Origin: Eledone cirrhosa
Lineage: Eukaryota
Length of the DNA: 64,000 bases
Reading direction: 5' to 3'
Assembly: GCA_964016885.1 (NCBI GenBank)
Contig: OZ024743.1
Span: 337,838,001-337,902,000 of the forward strand
Position numbers and translations under genes: made by a program. Shown piece by piece: positions 28,101 through 43,400 of the stretch (position 1 is the first letter of the stretch; each line of letters begins with the position of its first letter). The notes under the pieces were generated by a model, which was given only the letters and a program-made list of their open reading frames with translations, did no database searches and was not told where the DNA came from.

Positions 28101-31100
28101 TATTAAAGTAGTTGAGGAGGTAGATGAAACAGTAATATACTCTGGCTGGTTATTATGTCTATTAAGTAGTTGAGGAGGTAGATGAAACAGTAATGTACTC
28201 TGGCTGGTTATTCTGTCTATTAAGTAGTTGAGGAGGTAGATGAAACAGTAATATACTCTGGCTGCTTATTCTGTCCATGAAGTAGTTGAGGAGGTAGATG
28301 TAACAGTAATATACTCTGGCTGGTTATTCTGTCTATTAAGTAGTTGAGGAGGTAGATGTAACTGTAATATACTCTGGCTGGTTATTCTGTCTATTAAGTA
28401 GTTGAGGAGGTAGATGAAACAGTAATATACTCTGGCTGGTTATTATGTCCATGAAGTAGTTGAGGAGGTAGATGAAACAGTAATATACTCTGGCTGGTTA
28501 TTCTGTCTATTAAGTAGTTGAGGATGTAGATGTAACAGTAATATACTCTGGCTGGTTATTCTGTCCATGAAGTAGTTGAGGAGGTAGATGAAACAGTAAT
28601 ATACTCTGGCTGGTTATTCTGTCTATTAAGTAGTTGAGGAGGTAGATGAAACAGTAATATACTCTGCCTGGTTATTCTGTCTATTAAGTAGTTGAGGAGG
28701 TAGATGTAACAGTAATATACTCTGGCTGGTTATTCTGTCTATTAAGTAGTTGAGGAGGTAGATGTAACAGTAATATACTCTGGCTGGTTATTCTGTCTAT
28801 TAAGTAGTTGAGGAGGTAGATGTAACAGTAATATACTCTGGCTGGTTATTCTGTCTATTAAGTAGTTGAGGAGGTAGATGTAACAGTAATATACTCTGGC
28901 TGGTTATTCTGTCAATTAAGTAGTTGAGGATGTAGATGAAACAGTAATATACTCTGCCTGGTTATTCTGTCTATTAAGTAGTTGAGGAGGTAGATGTAAC
29001 AGTAATATACTCTGGCTGGTTATTCTGTCTATTAAGTAGTTGAGGAGGTAGATGAAACAGTAATATACTCTGCCTGGTTATTCTGTCTCTTAAGTAGTTG
29101 AGGAGGTAGATGAAACAGTAATATACTCTGGCTGGTTATTCTGTCCATGAAGTAGTTGAGGAGGTAGATGAAACAGTAATATACTCTGGCTGGTTATTCT
29201 GTCTATTAAGTAGTTGAGGAGGTAGATGAAACAGTAATATACTCTGCCTTGTTATTCTGTCTATTAAGTAGTTGAGGAGGTAGATGAGACAGCAATATAC
29301 TCTGGCTGGTTATACTGTCTATGAAGTAGTTGAGGAGGTAGATGTAACAGTAATATACTCTGGCTGGTTATTCTGTCTATTAAGTAGTTGAGGAGGTAGA
29401 TGAAACAGTAATATACTCTGGCTGGTTATTCTGTCTATTAAGTAGTTGAGGAGGTAGTGTAAACAGTAATATAATCTGGCTGCTTATTCTGTCCATGAAG
29501 TAGTTGAGGAGGTAGATGTAACAGTAATATACACTGGCTGGTTATTCTGTCTATTAAGTAGTTGAGGAGGTAGATGAAACAGTAATATACTCTGGCTGGC
29601 TATTCTGTCTATTAAGTAGTTGAGTAGGTAGATGAAACAGTAATATACTCTGGCTGGTTATTCTATCTATTAAGTAGTTGAGGAGGTAGATGTAACAGTA
29701 ATATACTCTGGCTGGTTATTCAGTCTATTAAGTAGTTGAGGAGGTAGATGAAACAGTAATATACTCTGGCTGGTTATTATGTCTATTAAGTAGTTGAGGA
29801 GGTAGATGAAACAGTAATGTACTCTGGCTGGTTATTCTGTGTATTAAGTAGTTGAGGAGGTAGATGTAACAGTAATATACTCTGGCTGGTTATTCTGTCT
29901 ATTAAGTAGTTGAGGAGGTAGATGAAACAGTAATATACTCTGGCTGGTTATTATGTCAATGAAGTAGTTGAGGAGGTAGATGTAACAGTAATATACTCTG
30001 GCTGGTTATTCTGTCTATTAAGTAGTTGAGGAGGTAGATGAAACAGTAATATACTCTGGCTGGTTATTCTGTCTATTAAGTAGTTGAGGAGCTAGATGTA
30101 ACAGTAATATACTCTGGCTGGTTATTCTGTCTATTAAGTAGTTGAGGAGGTAGATGAAACAGTAATATACTCTGGCTGGTTATTCTGTCCATGAAGTAGT
30201 TGAGGAGGTAGATGAAACAGTAATATACTCTGGCTGGTTATTCTGTCTATTAAGTAGTTGAGGAGGTAGATGTAACAGTAATATACTCTGGCTGGTTATT
30301 CTGTCTATTAAGTAGTTGAGGAGGTAGATGTAACAGTAATATACTCTGGCTGGTTATTCTGTCCATGAAGTAGTTGAGGTGGTAGATGAAACAGTAATAT
30401 ACTCTGGCTGGTTATTCTGTCTATGATCTAGATGAGGATGTAGATGAAACAGTAATATACTCTGGCTGGTTATTCTGTCTATGATCTAGATGAGGAGGTA
30501 GATGAAACAGTAATATAATCTGGCTGGTTATTCTGTCTATTAAGTAGTTGAGGAGGTAGATGAAACAGTAATATACTCTGGCTGGTTATTCTGTCTATGA
30601 TCTAGATGAGGAGGTAGATGAAACAGTAATATACTCTGGCTGGTTATTCTGTATATTAAGTAGTTGAGGAGGTAGATGAAACAGTAATATACTCTGCCTT
30701 GTTATTCTGTCTATTAAGTAGTTGAGGAGGTAGATGAAACAGTAATATACTCTGGCTGGTTATTCTGTCTATGAAGTAGTTGAGGAGGTAGATGTAACAG
30801 TAATATACTCTGGCTGGTTATTCTGTCTATTAAGTAGTTGAGGAGGTAGATGAAACAGTAATATACTCTGGCTGGTTATTCTGTCTATTAAGTAGTTGAG
30901 GAGGTAGATGAAACAGTAATATACTCTGGCTGCTTATTCTGTCCATGAAGTAGTTGAGGAGGTAGATGTAACAGTAATATACTCTGGCTGGTTATTCTGT
31001 CTATTAAGTAGTTGAGGAGGTAGATGAAACAGTAATATACTCTGGCTGGCTATTCTGTCTATTAAGTAGTTGAGGAGGTAGATGAAACAGTAATATACTC

Positions 31101-34100
31101 TGGCTGGTTATTCTATCTATTAAGTAGTTGAGGAGGTAGATGTAACAGTAATATACTCTGGCTGGTTATTCAGTCTATTAAGTAGTTGAGGAGGTAGATG
31201 AAACAGTAATATACTCTGGCTGGTTATTATGTCTATTAAGTAGTTGAGGAGGTAGATGAAACAGTAATGTACTCTGGCTGGTTATTCTGTCTATTAAGTA
31301 GTTGAGGAGGTAGATGAAACAGTAATATACTCTGGCTGCTTATTCTGTCCATGAAGTAGTTGAGGAGGTAGATGTAACAGTAATATACTCTGGCTGGTTA
31401 TTCTGTCTATTAAGTAGTTGAGGAGGTAGATGAAACAGTAATATACTCTGGCTGGCTATTCTGTCTATTAAGTAGTTGAGGAGGTAGATGAAACAGTAAT
31501 ATACTCTGGCTGGTTATTCTATCTATTAAGTAGTTGAGGAGGTAGATGTAACAGTAATATACTCTGGCTGGTTATTCAGTCTATTAAGTAGTTGAGGAGG
31601 TAGATGAAACAGTAATATACTCTGGCTGGTTATTATGTCTATTAAGTAGTTGAGGAGGTAGATGAAACAGTAATGTACTCTGGCTGGTTATTCTGTGTAT
31701 TAAGTAGTTGAGGAGGTAGATGTAACAGTAATATACTCTGGCTGGTTATTCTGTCTATTAAGTAGTTGAGGAGGTAGATGAAACAGTAATATACTTTGGC
31801 TCGTTATTATGTCAATGAAGTAGTTGAGGAGGTAGATGTAACAGTAATATACTCTGGCTGGTTATTCTGTCTATTAAGTAGTTGAGGAGGTAGATGAAAC
31901 AGTAATATACTCTGGCTGGTTATTCTGTCTATTAAGTAGTTGAGGAGCTAGATGTAACAGTAATATACTCTGGCTGGTTATTCTGTCTATTAAGTAGTTG
32001 AGGAGGTAGATGAAACAGTAATATACTCTGGCTGGTTATTCTGTCCATGAAGTAGTTGAGGAGGTAGATGAAACAGTAATATACTCTGGCTGGTTATTCT
32101 GTCTATTAAGTAGTTGAGGAGGTAGATGTAACAGTAATATACTCTGGCTGGTTATTCTGTCTATTAAGTAGTTGAGGAGGTAGATGTAACAGTAATATAC
32201 TCTGCCTGGTTATTCTGTCTATTAAGTAGTTGACGATGTAGATGTAACAGTAATATACTCTGGCTGGTTATTCTGTCCATGAAGTAGTTGAGGAGGTAGA
32301 TGAAACAGTAATATACTCTGGCTGGTTATTTTGTCTATTAAGTAGTTGAGGAGGTAGATGAAACAGTAATATACTCTGCCTGGTTATTCTGTCTATTAAG
32401 TAGTTGAGGAGGTAGATGTAACAGTAATATACTCTGGCTGGTTATTCTGTCTATTAAGTAGTTGAGGAGGTAGATGTAACAGTAATATACTCTGGCTGGT
32501 TATTCTGTCTATTAAGTAGTTGAGGAGGTAGATGTAACAGTAATATACTCTGGCTGGTTATTCTGTCTATTAAGTAGTTGAGGAGGTAGATGTAACAGTA
32601 ATATACTCTGGCTGGTTATTCTGTCAATTAAGTAGTTGAGGATGTAGATGAAACAGTAATATACTCTGCCTGGTTATTCTGTCTATTAAGTAGTTGAGGA
32701 GGTAGATGTAACAGTAATATACTCTGGCTGGTTATTCTGTCTATTAAGTAGTTGAGGAGGTAGATGAAACAGTAATATACTCTGCCTGGTTATTCTGTCT
32801 CTTAAGTAGTTGAGGAGGTAGATGAAACAGTAATATACTCTGGCTGGTTATTCTGTCCATGAAGTAGTTGAGGAGGTAGATGAAACAGTAATATACTCTG
32901 GCTGGTTATTCTGTCTATTAAGTAGTTGAGGAGGTAGATGAAACAGTAATATACTCTGCCTTGTTATTCTGTCTATTAAGTAGTTGAGGAGGTAGATGAA
33001 ACAGCAATATACTCTGGCTGGTTATACTGTCTATGAAGTAGTTGAGGAGGTATATGTAACAGTAATATACTCTGGCTGGTTATTCTGTCTATTAAGTAGT
33101 TGAGGAGGTAGATGAAACAGTAATATACTCTGGCTGGTTATTCTGTCTATTAAGTAGTTGAGGAGGTATAGTAAACAGTAATATAATCTGGCTGCTTATT
33201 CTGTCCATGAAGTAGTTGAGGAGGTAGATGTAACAGTAATATACTCTGGCTGGTTATTCTGTCTATTAAGTAGTTGAGGAGGTAGATGAAACAGTAATAT
33301 ACTCTGGCTGGTTATTCTGTCTATTAAGTAGTTGAGGAGGTAGATGTAACAGTAATATACTCTGGCTGGTTATTCTGTCTATTAAGTAGTTGAGGAGGTA
33401 GATGTAACAGTAATATACTCTGGCTGGTTATTCTGTCCATGAAGTAGTTGAGGTGGTAGATGAAACAGTAATATACTCTGGCTGGTTATTCTGTCTATGA
33501 TCTAGATGAGGATGTAGATGAAACAGTAATATACTCTGGCTGGTTATTCTGTCTATGATCTAGATGAGGAGGTAGATGAAACAGTAATATAATCTGGCTG
33601 GTTATTCTGTCTATTAAGTAGTTGAGGAGGTAGATGAAACAGTAATATACTCTGGCTGGTTATTCTGTCTATGATCTAGATGAGGAGGTAGATGAAACAG
33701 TAATATACTCTGGCTGGTTATTCTGTATATTAAGTAGTTGAGGAGGTAGATGAAACAGTAATATACTCTGCCTTGTTATTCTGTCTATTAAGTAGTTGAG
33801 GAGGTAGATGAAACAGTAATATACTCTGGCTGGTTATTCTGTCTATGAAGTAGTTGAGGAGGTAGATGTAACAGTAATATACTCTGGCTGGTTATTCTGT
33901 CTATTAAGTAGTTGAGGAGGTAGATGAAACAGTAATATACTCTGGCTGGTTATTCTGTCTATTAAGTAGTTGAGGAGGTAGATGAAACAGTAATATACTC
34001 TGGCTGCTTATTCTGTCCATGAAGTAGTTGAGGAGGTAGATGTAACAGTAATATACTCTGGCTGGTTATTCTGTCTATTAAGTAGTTGAGGAGGTAGATG

Positions 34101-34450
34101 AAACAGTAATATACTCTGGCTGGCTATTCTGTCTATTAAGTAGTTGAGGAGGTAGATGAAACAGTAATATACTCTGGCTGGTTATTCTATCTATTAAGTA
34201 GTTGAGGAGGTAGATGTAACAGTAATATACTCTGGCTGGTTATTCAGTCTATTAAGTAGTTGAGGAGGTAGATGAAACAGTAATATACTCTGGCTGGTTA
34301 TTATGTCTATTAAGTAGTTGAGGAGGTAGATGAAACAGTAATGTACTCTGGCTGGTTATTCTGTCTATTAAGTAGTTGAGGAGGTAGATGAAACAGTAAT
34401 ATACTCTGGCTGATTATTCTGTCCATGAAGTAGTTGAGGAGGTAGATGTA
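22150..34450. repeat. Tandem duplication of a 106-monomer higher-order unit (6148 bp plus a 1-bp insertion)
   Basis: AACTGTAAT at 22211/28360, GTAGTGTAAAC at 23305/29454 and GACGATGT at 26083/32232 all have offset 6149, explained by the extra A at ~28106. Boundaries are approximate. Confidence 0.9.
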
Positions 34451-37400
34451 ACAGTAATATACTCTGGCTGGTTATTCTGTCTATTAAGTAGTTGAGGAGG
34501 TACATGAAACAGTAATATACTCTGGCTGGCTATTCTGTCTATTAAGTAGTTGAGGAGGTAGATGAAACAGTAATATACTCTGGCTGGTTATTCTATCTAT
34601 TAAGTAGTTGAGGAGGTAGATGTAACAGTAATATACTCTGGCTGGTTATTCAGTCTATTAAGTAGTTGAGGAGGTAGATGAAACAGTAATATACTCTGGC
34701 TGGTTATTATGTCTATTAAGTAGTTGAGGAGGTAGATGAAACAGTAATGTACTGTGGCTGGTTATTCTGTGTATTAAGTAGTTGAGGAGGTAGATGTAAC
34801 AGTAATATACTCTGGCTGGTTATTCTGTCTATTAAGTAGTTGAGGAGGTAGATGAAACAGTAATATACTTTGGCTCGTTATTATGTCAATGAAGTAGTTG
34901 AGGAGGTAGATGTAACAGTAATATACTCTGGCTGGTTATTCTGTCTATTAAGTAGTTGAGGAGGTAGATGAAACAGTAATATACTCTGGCTGGTTATTCT
35001 GTCTATTAAGTAGTTGAGGAGGTAGATGAAACAGCAATATACTCTGGCTGGTTATACTGTCTATGAAGTAGTTGAGGAGGTAGATGTAACAGTAATATAC
35101 TCTGGCTGGTTATTCTGTCTATTAAGTAGTTGAGGAGGTAGATGAAACAGTAATATACTCTGGCTGGTTATTCTGTCTATTAAGTAGTTGAGGAGGTATA
35201 GTAAACAGTAATATAATCTGGCTGCTTATTCTGTCCATGAAGTAGTTGAGGAGGTAGATGTAACAGTAATATACTCTGGCTGGTTATTCTGTCTATTAAG
35301 TAGTTGAGGAGGTAGATGAAACAGTAATATACTCTGGCTGGTTATTCTGTCTATTAAGTAGTTGAGGAGGTAGATGTAACAGTAATATACTCTGGCTGGT
35401 TATTCTGTCTATTAAGTAGTTGAGGAGGTAGATGTAACAGTAATATACTCTGGCTGGTTATTCTGTCCATGAAGTAGTTGAGGTGGTAGATGAAACAGTA
35501 ATATACTCTGGCTGGTTATTCTGTCTATGATCTAGATGAGGATGTAGATGAAACAGTAATATACTCTGGCTGGTTATTCTGTCTATGATCTAGATGAGGA
35601 GGTAGATGAAACAGTAATATAATCTGGCTGGTTATTCTGTCTATTAAGTAGTTGAGGAGGTAGATGAAACAGTAATATACTCTGGCTGGTTATTCTGTCT
35701 ATGATCTAGATGAGGAAGTAGATGAAACAGTAATATACTCTGGCTGGTTATTCTGTATATTAAGTAGTTGAGGAGGTAGATGAAACAGTAATATACTCTG
35801 CCTTGTTATTCTGTCTATTAAGTAGTTGAGGAGGTAGATGAAACAGTAATATACTCTGGCTGGTTATTCTGTCTATGAAGTAGTTGAGGAGGTAGATGTA
35901 ACAGTAATATACTCTGGCTGGTTATTCTGTCTATTAAGTAGTTGAGGAGGTAGATGAAACAGTAATATACTCTGGCTGGTTATTCTGTCTATTAAGTAGT
36001 TGAGGGGGTAGATGAAACAGTAATATACTCTGGCTGCTTATTCTGTCCATGAAGTAGTTGAGGAGGTAGATGTAACAGTAATATACTCTGGCTGGTTATT
36101 CTGTCTATTAAGTAGTTGAGGAGGTAGATGAAACAGTAATATACTCTGGCTGGCTATTCTGTCTATTAAGTAGTTGAGGAGGTAGATGAAACAGTAATAT
36201 ACTCTGGCTGGTTATTCTATCTATTAAGTAGTTGAGGAGGTAGATGTAACAGTAATATACTCTGGCTGGTTATTCAGTCTATTAAGTAGTTGAGGAGGTA
36301 GATGAAACAGTAATATACTCTGGCTGGTTATTATGTCTATTAAGTAGTTGAGGAGGTAGATGAAACAGTAATGTACTCTGGCTGGTTATTCTGTCTATTA
36401 AGTAGTTGAGGAGGTAGATGAAACAGTAATATACTCTGGCTGCTTATTCTGTCCATGAAGTAGTTGAGGAGGTAGATGTAACAGTAATATACTCTGGCTG
36501 GTTATTCTGTCTATTAAGTAGTTGAGGAGGTACATGAAACAGTAATATACTCTGGCTGGCTATTCTGTCTATTAAGTAGTTGAGGAGGTAGATGAAACAG
36601 TAATATACTCTGGCTGGTTATTCTATCTATTAAGTAGTTGAGGAGGTAGATGTAACAGTAATATACTCTGGCTGGTTATTCAGTCTATTAAGTAGTTGAG
36701 GAGGTAGATGAAACAGTAATATACTCTGGCTGGTTATTATGTCTATTAAGTAGTTGAGGAGGTAGATGAAACAGTAATGTACTGTGGCTGGTTATTCTGT
36801 GTATTAAGTAGTTGAGGAGGTAGATGTAACAGTAATATACTCTGGCTGGTTATTCTGTCTATTAAGTAGTTGAGGAGGTAGATGAAACAGTAATATACTT
36901 TGGCTCGTTATTATGTCAATGAAGTAGTTGAGGAGGTAGATGTAACAGTAATATACTCTGGCTGGTTATTCTGTCTATTAAGTAGTTGAGGAGGTAGATG
37001 AAACAGTAATATACTCTGGCTGGTTATTCTGTCTATTAAGTAGTTGAGGAGCTAGATGTAACAGTAATATACTCTGGCTGGTTATTCTGTCTATTAAGTA
37101 GTTGAGGAGGTAGATGAAACAGTAATATACTCTGGCTGGTTATTCTGTCCATGAAGTAGTTGAGGAGGTAGATGAAACAGTAATATACTCTGGCTGGTTA
37201 TTCTGTCTATTAAGTAGTTGAGGAGGTAGATGTAACAGTAATATACTCTGGCTGGTTATTCTGTCTATTAAGTAGTTGAGGAGGTAGATGTAACAGTAAT
37301 ATACTCTGCCTGGTTATTCTGTCTATTAAGTAGTTGACGATGTAGATGTAACAGTAATATACTCTGGCTGGTTATTCTGTCCATGAAGTAGTTGAGGAGG

Positions 37401-40400
37401 TAGATGAAACAGTAATATACTCTGGCTGGTTATTCTGTCTATTAAGTAGTTGAGGAGGTAGATGAAACAGTAATATACTCTGCCTGGTTATTCTGTCTAT
37501 TAAGTAGTTGAGGAGGTAGATGTAACAGTAATATACTCTGGCTGGTTATTCTGTCTATTAAGTAGTTGAGGAGGTAGATGTAACAGTAATATACTCTGGC
37601 TGGTTATTCTGTCTATTAAGTAGTTGAGGAGGTAGATGTAACAGTCATATACTCTGGCTGGTTATTCTGTCTATTAAGTAGTTGAGGAGGTAGATGTAAC
37701 AGTAATATACTCTGGCTGGTTATTCTGTCAATTAAGTAGTTGAGGATGTAGATGAAACAGTAATATACTCTGCCTGGTTATTCTGTCTATTAAGTAGTTG
37801 AGGAGGTAGATGTAACAGTAATATACTCTGGCTGGTTATTCTGTCTATTAAGTAGTTGAGGAGGTAGATGAAACAGTAATATACTCTGCCTGGTTATTCT
37901 GTCTCTTAAGTAGTTGAGGAGGTAGATGAAACAGTAATATACTCTGGCTGGTTATTCTGTCCATGAAGTAGTTGAGGAGGTAGATGAAACAGTAATATAC
38001 TCTGGCTGGTTATTCTGTCTATTAAGTAGTTGAGGAGGTAGATGAAACAGTAATATACTCTGCCTTGTTATTCTGTCTATTAAGTAGTTGAGGAGGTAGA
38101 TGAAACAGCAATATACTCTGGCTGGTTATACTGTCTATGAAGTAGTTGAGGAGGTAGATGTAACAGTAATATACTCTGGCTGGTTATTCTGTCTATTAAG
38201 TAGTTGAGGAGGTAGATGAAACAGTAATATACTCTGGCTGGTTATTCTGTCTATTAAGTAGTTGAGGAGGTAGTGTAAACAGTAATATAATCTGGCTGCT
38301 TATTCTGTCCATGAAGTAGTTGAGGAGGTAGATGTAACAGTAATATACTCTGGCTGGTTATTCTGTCTATTAAGTAGTTGAGGAGGTAGATGAAACAGTA
38401 ATATACTCTGGCTGGCTATTCTGTCTATTAAGTAGTTGAGGAGGTAGATGAAACAGTAATATACTCTGGCTGGTTATTCTATCTATTAAGTAGTTGAGGA
38501 GGTAGATGTAACAGTAATATACTCTGGCTGGTTATTCAGTCTATTAAGTAGTTGAGGAGGTAGATGAAACAGTAATATACTCTGGCTGGTTATTATGTCT
38601 ATTAAGTAGTTGAGGAGGTAGATGAAACAGTAATGTACTCTGGCTGGTTATTCTGTGTATTAAGTAGTTGAGGAGGTAGATGTAACAGTAATATACTCTG
38701 GCTGGTTATTCTGTCTATTAAGTAGTTGAGGAGGTAGATGAAACAGTAATATACTCTGGCTGGTTATTACGTCAATGAAGTAGTTGAGGAGGTAGATGTA
38801 ACAGTAATATACTCTGGCTGGTTATTCTGTCTATTAAGTAGTTGAGGAGGTAGATGAAACAGTAATATACTCTGGCTGGTTATTCTGTCTATTAAGTAGT
38901 TGAGGAGCTAGATGTAACAGTAATATACTCTGGCTGGTTATTCTGTCTATTAAGTAGTTGAGGAGGTAGATGAAACAGTAATATACTCTGGCTGGTTATT
39001 CTGTCCATGAAGTAGTTGAGGAGGTAGATGAAACAGTAATATACTCTGGCTGGTTATTCTGTCTATTAAGTAGTTGAGGAGGTAGATGTAACAGTAATAT
39101 ACTCTGGCTGGTTATTCTGTCTATTAAGTAGTTGAGGAGGTAGATGTAACAGTAATATACTCTGGCTGGTTATTCTGTCCATGAAGTAGTTGAGGTGGTA
39201 GATGAAACAGTAATATACTCTGGCTGGTTATTCTGTCTATGATCTAGATGAGGATGTAGATGAAACAGTAATATACTCTGGCTGGTTATTCTGTCTATGA
39301 TCTAGATGAGGAGGTAGATGAAACAGTAATATAATCTGGCTGGTTATTCTGTCTATTAAGTAGTTGAGGAGGTAGATGAAACAGTAATATACTCTGGCTG
39401 GTTATTCTGTCTATGATCTAGATGAGGAGGTAGATGAAACAGTAATATACTCTGGCTGGTTATTCTGTCTATTAAGTAGTTGAGGAGGTAGATGAAACAG
39501 TAATATACTCTGCCTTGTTATTCTGTCTATTAAGTAGTTGAGGAGGTAGATGAAACAGTAATATACTCTGGCTGGTTATTCTGTCTATGAAGTAGTTGAG
39601 GAGGTAGATGTAACAGTAATATACTCTGGCTGGTTATTCTGTCTATTAAGTAGTTGAGGAGGTAGATGAAACAGTAATATACTCTGGCTGGTTATTCTGT
39701 CTATTAAGTAGTTGAGGAGGTAGATGAAACAGTAATATACTCTGGCTGCTTATTCTGTCCATGAAGTAGTTGAGGAGGTAGATGTAACAGTAATATACTC
39801 TGGCTGGTTATTCTGTCTATTAAGTAGTTGAGGAGGTAGATGAAACAGTAATATACTCTGGCTGGCTATTCTGTCTATTAAGTAGTTGAGGAGGTAGATG
39901 AAACAGTAATATACTCTGGCTGGTTATTCTATCTATTAAGTAGTTGAGGAGGTAGATGTAACAGTAATATACTCTGGCTGGTTATTCAGTCTATTAAGTA
40001 GTTGAGGAGGTAGATGAAACAGTAATATACTCTGGCTGGTTATTATGTCTATTAAGTAGTTGAGGAGGTAGATGAAACAGTAATGTACTCTGGCTGGTTA
40101 TTCTGTCTATTAAGTAGTTGAGGAGGTAGATGAAACAGTAATATACTCTGGCTGCTTATTCTGTCCATGAAGTAGTTGAGGAGGTAGATGTAACAGTAAT
40201 ATACTCTGGCTGGTTATTCTGTCTATTAAGTAGTTGAGGAGGTAGATGAAACAGTAATATACTCTGGCTGGCTATTCTGTCTATTAAGTAGTTGAGGAGG
40301 TAGATGAAACAGTAATATACTCTGGCTGGTTATTCTATCTATTAAGTAGTTGAGGAGGTAGATGTAACAGTAATATACTCTGGCTGGTTATTCAGTCTAT

Positions 40401-43400
40401 TAAGTAGTTGAGGAGGTAGATGAAACAGTAATATACTCTGGCTGGTTATTATGTCTATTAAGTAGTTGAGGAGGTAGATGAAACAGTAATGTACTCTGGC
40501 TGGTTATTCTGTGTATTAAGTAGTTGAGGAGGTAGATGTAACAGTAATGTACTCTGGCTGGTTATTCTGTCTATTAAGTAGTTGAGGAGGTAGATGAAAC
40601 AGTAATATACTTTGGCTCGTTATTATGTCAATGAAGTAGTTGAGGAGGTAGATGTAACAGTAATATACTCTGGCTGGTTATTCTGTCTATTAAGTAGTTG
40701 AGGAGGTAGATGAAACAGTAATATACTCTGGCTGGTTATTCTGTCTATTAAGTAGTTGAGGAGCTAGATGTAACAGTAATATACTCTGGCTGGTTATTCT
40801 GTCTATTAAGTAGTTGAGGAGGTAGATGAAACAGTAATATACTCTGGCTGGTTATTCTGTCCATGAAGTAGTTGAGGAGGTAGATGAAACAGTAATATAC
40901 TCTGGCTGGTTATTCTGTCTATTAAGTAGTTGAGGAGGTAGATGTAACAGTAATATACTCTGGCTGGTTATTCTGTCTATTAAGTAGTTGAGGAGGTAGA
41001 TGTAACAGTAATATACTCTGCCTGGTTATTCTGTCTATTAAGTAGTTGACGATGTAGATGTAACAGTAATATACTCTGGCTGGTTATTCTGTCCATGAAG
41101 TAGTTGAGGAGGTAGATGAAACAGTAATATACTCTGGCTGGTTATTCTGTCTATTAAGTAGTTGAGGAGGTAGATGTAACAGTAATATACTCTGCCTGGT
41201 TATTCTGTCTATTAAGTAGTTGAGGAGGTAGATGTAACAGTAATATACTCTGGCTGGTTATTCTGTCTATTAAGTAGTTGAGGAGGTAGATGTAACAGTA
41301 ATATACTCTGGCTGGTTATTCTGTCTATTAAGTAGTTGAGGAGGTAGATGTAACAGTAATATACTCTGGCTGGTTATTCTGTCAATTAAGTAGTTGAGGA
41401 TGTAGAGGAAACAGTAATATACTCTGCCTGGTTATTCTGTCTATTAAGTAGTTGAGGAGGTAGATGTAACAGTAATATACTCTGGCTGGTTATTCTGTCC
41501 ATGAAGTAGTTGAGGAGGTAGATGAAACAGTAATATACTCTGGCTGGTTATTCTGTCTATTAAGTAGTTGAGGAGGTAGATGAAACAGTAATATACTCTG
41601 CCTTGTTATTCTGTCTATTAAGTAGTTGAGGAGGTAGATGAAACAGTAATATACTCTGGCTGGTTATTCTGTCTATGAAGTAGTTGAGGAGGTAGATGTA
41701 ACAGTAATATACTCTGGATGGTTATTCTGTCTATTAAGTAGTTGAGGAGGTAGATGAAACAGTAATATACTCTGGCTGGTTATTCTGTCTATTAAGTAGT
41801 TGAGGAGGTAGTGTAAACAGTAATATACTCTGGCTGCTTATTCTGTCCATGAAGTAGTTGAGGAGGTAGATGTAACAGTAATATACTCTGGCTGGTTATT
41901 CTGTCTATTAAGTAGTTGAGGAGGTAGATGAAACAGTAATATACTCTGGCTGGCTATTCTGTCTATTAAGTAGTTGAGGAGGTAGATGAAACAGTAATAT
42001 ACTCTGGCTGGTTATTCTATCTATTAAGTAGTTGAGGAGGTAGATGTAACAGTAATATACTCTGGCTGGTTATTCAGTCTATTAAGTAGTTGAGGAGGTA
42101 GATGAAACAGTAATATACTCTGGCTGGTTATTATGTCTATTAAGTAGTTGAGGAGGTAGATGAAACAGTAATGTACTCTGGCTGGTTATTCTGTGTATTA
42201 AGTAGTTGAGGAGGTAGATGTAACAGTAATATACTCTGGCTGGTTATTCTGTCTATTAAGTAGTTGAGGAGGTAGATGAAACAGTAATATACTCTGGCTG
42301 GTTATTATGTCAATGAAGTAGTTGAGGAGGTAGATGTAACAGTAATATACTCTGGCTGGTTATTCTGTCTATTAAGTAGTTGAGGAGGTAGATGAAACAG
42401 TAATATACTCTGGCTGGTTATTCTGTCTATTAAGTAGTTGAGGAGCTAGATGTAACAGTAATATACTCTGGCTGGTTATTCTGTCTGTTAAGTAGTTGAG
42501 GAGGTAGATGAAACAGTAATATACTCTGGCTGGTTATTCTGTCCATGAAGTAGTTGAGGAGGTAGATGAAACAGTAATATACTCTGGCTGGTTATTCTGT
42601 CTATTAAGTAGTTGAGGAGGTAGATGTAACAGTAATATACTCTGGCTGGTTATTCTGTCTATTAAGTAGTTGAGGAGGTAGATGTAACAGTAATATACTC
42701 TGGCTGGTTATTCTGTCCATGAAGTAGTTGAGGTGGTAGATGAAACAGTAATATACTCTGGCTGGTTATTCTGTCTATGATCTAGATGAGGAGGTAGATG
42801 AAACAGTAATATACTCTGGCTGGTTATTCTGTCTATTAAGTAGTTGAGGAGGTAGATGAAACAGTAATATACTCTGGCTGGTTATTCTGTCTATGATCTA
42901 GATGAGGAGGTAGATGTAACAGTAATATACTCTGGCTGGTTATTCTGTCTATTAAGTAGTTGAGGAGGTAGATGAAACAGTAATATACTCTGGCTGGTTA
43001 TTCTGTCCATGAAGTAGTTGAGGAGGTAGATGAAACAGTAATATACTCTGGCTGGTTATTCTGTCTATTAAGTAGTTGAGGAGGTAGATGAAACAGTGAT
43101 ATACTCTGCCTTGTTATTCTGTCTATTAAGTAGTTGAGGAGGTAGATGAAACAGTAATATACTCTGGCTGGTTATTCTGTCTATGAAGTAGTTGAGGAGG
43201 TAGATGTAACAGTAATATACTCTGGCTGGTTATTCTGTCTATTAAGTAGTTGAGGAGTTAGATGAAACAGTAATATACTCTGGCTGGTTATTCTGTCTAT
43301 TAAGTAGTTGAGGAGGTAGATGAAACAGTAATATACTCTGGCTGCTTATTCTGTCCATGAAGTAGTTGAGGAGGTAGATGTAACAGTAATATACTCTGGC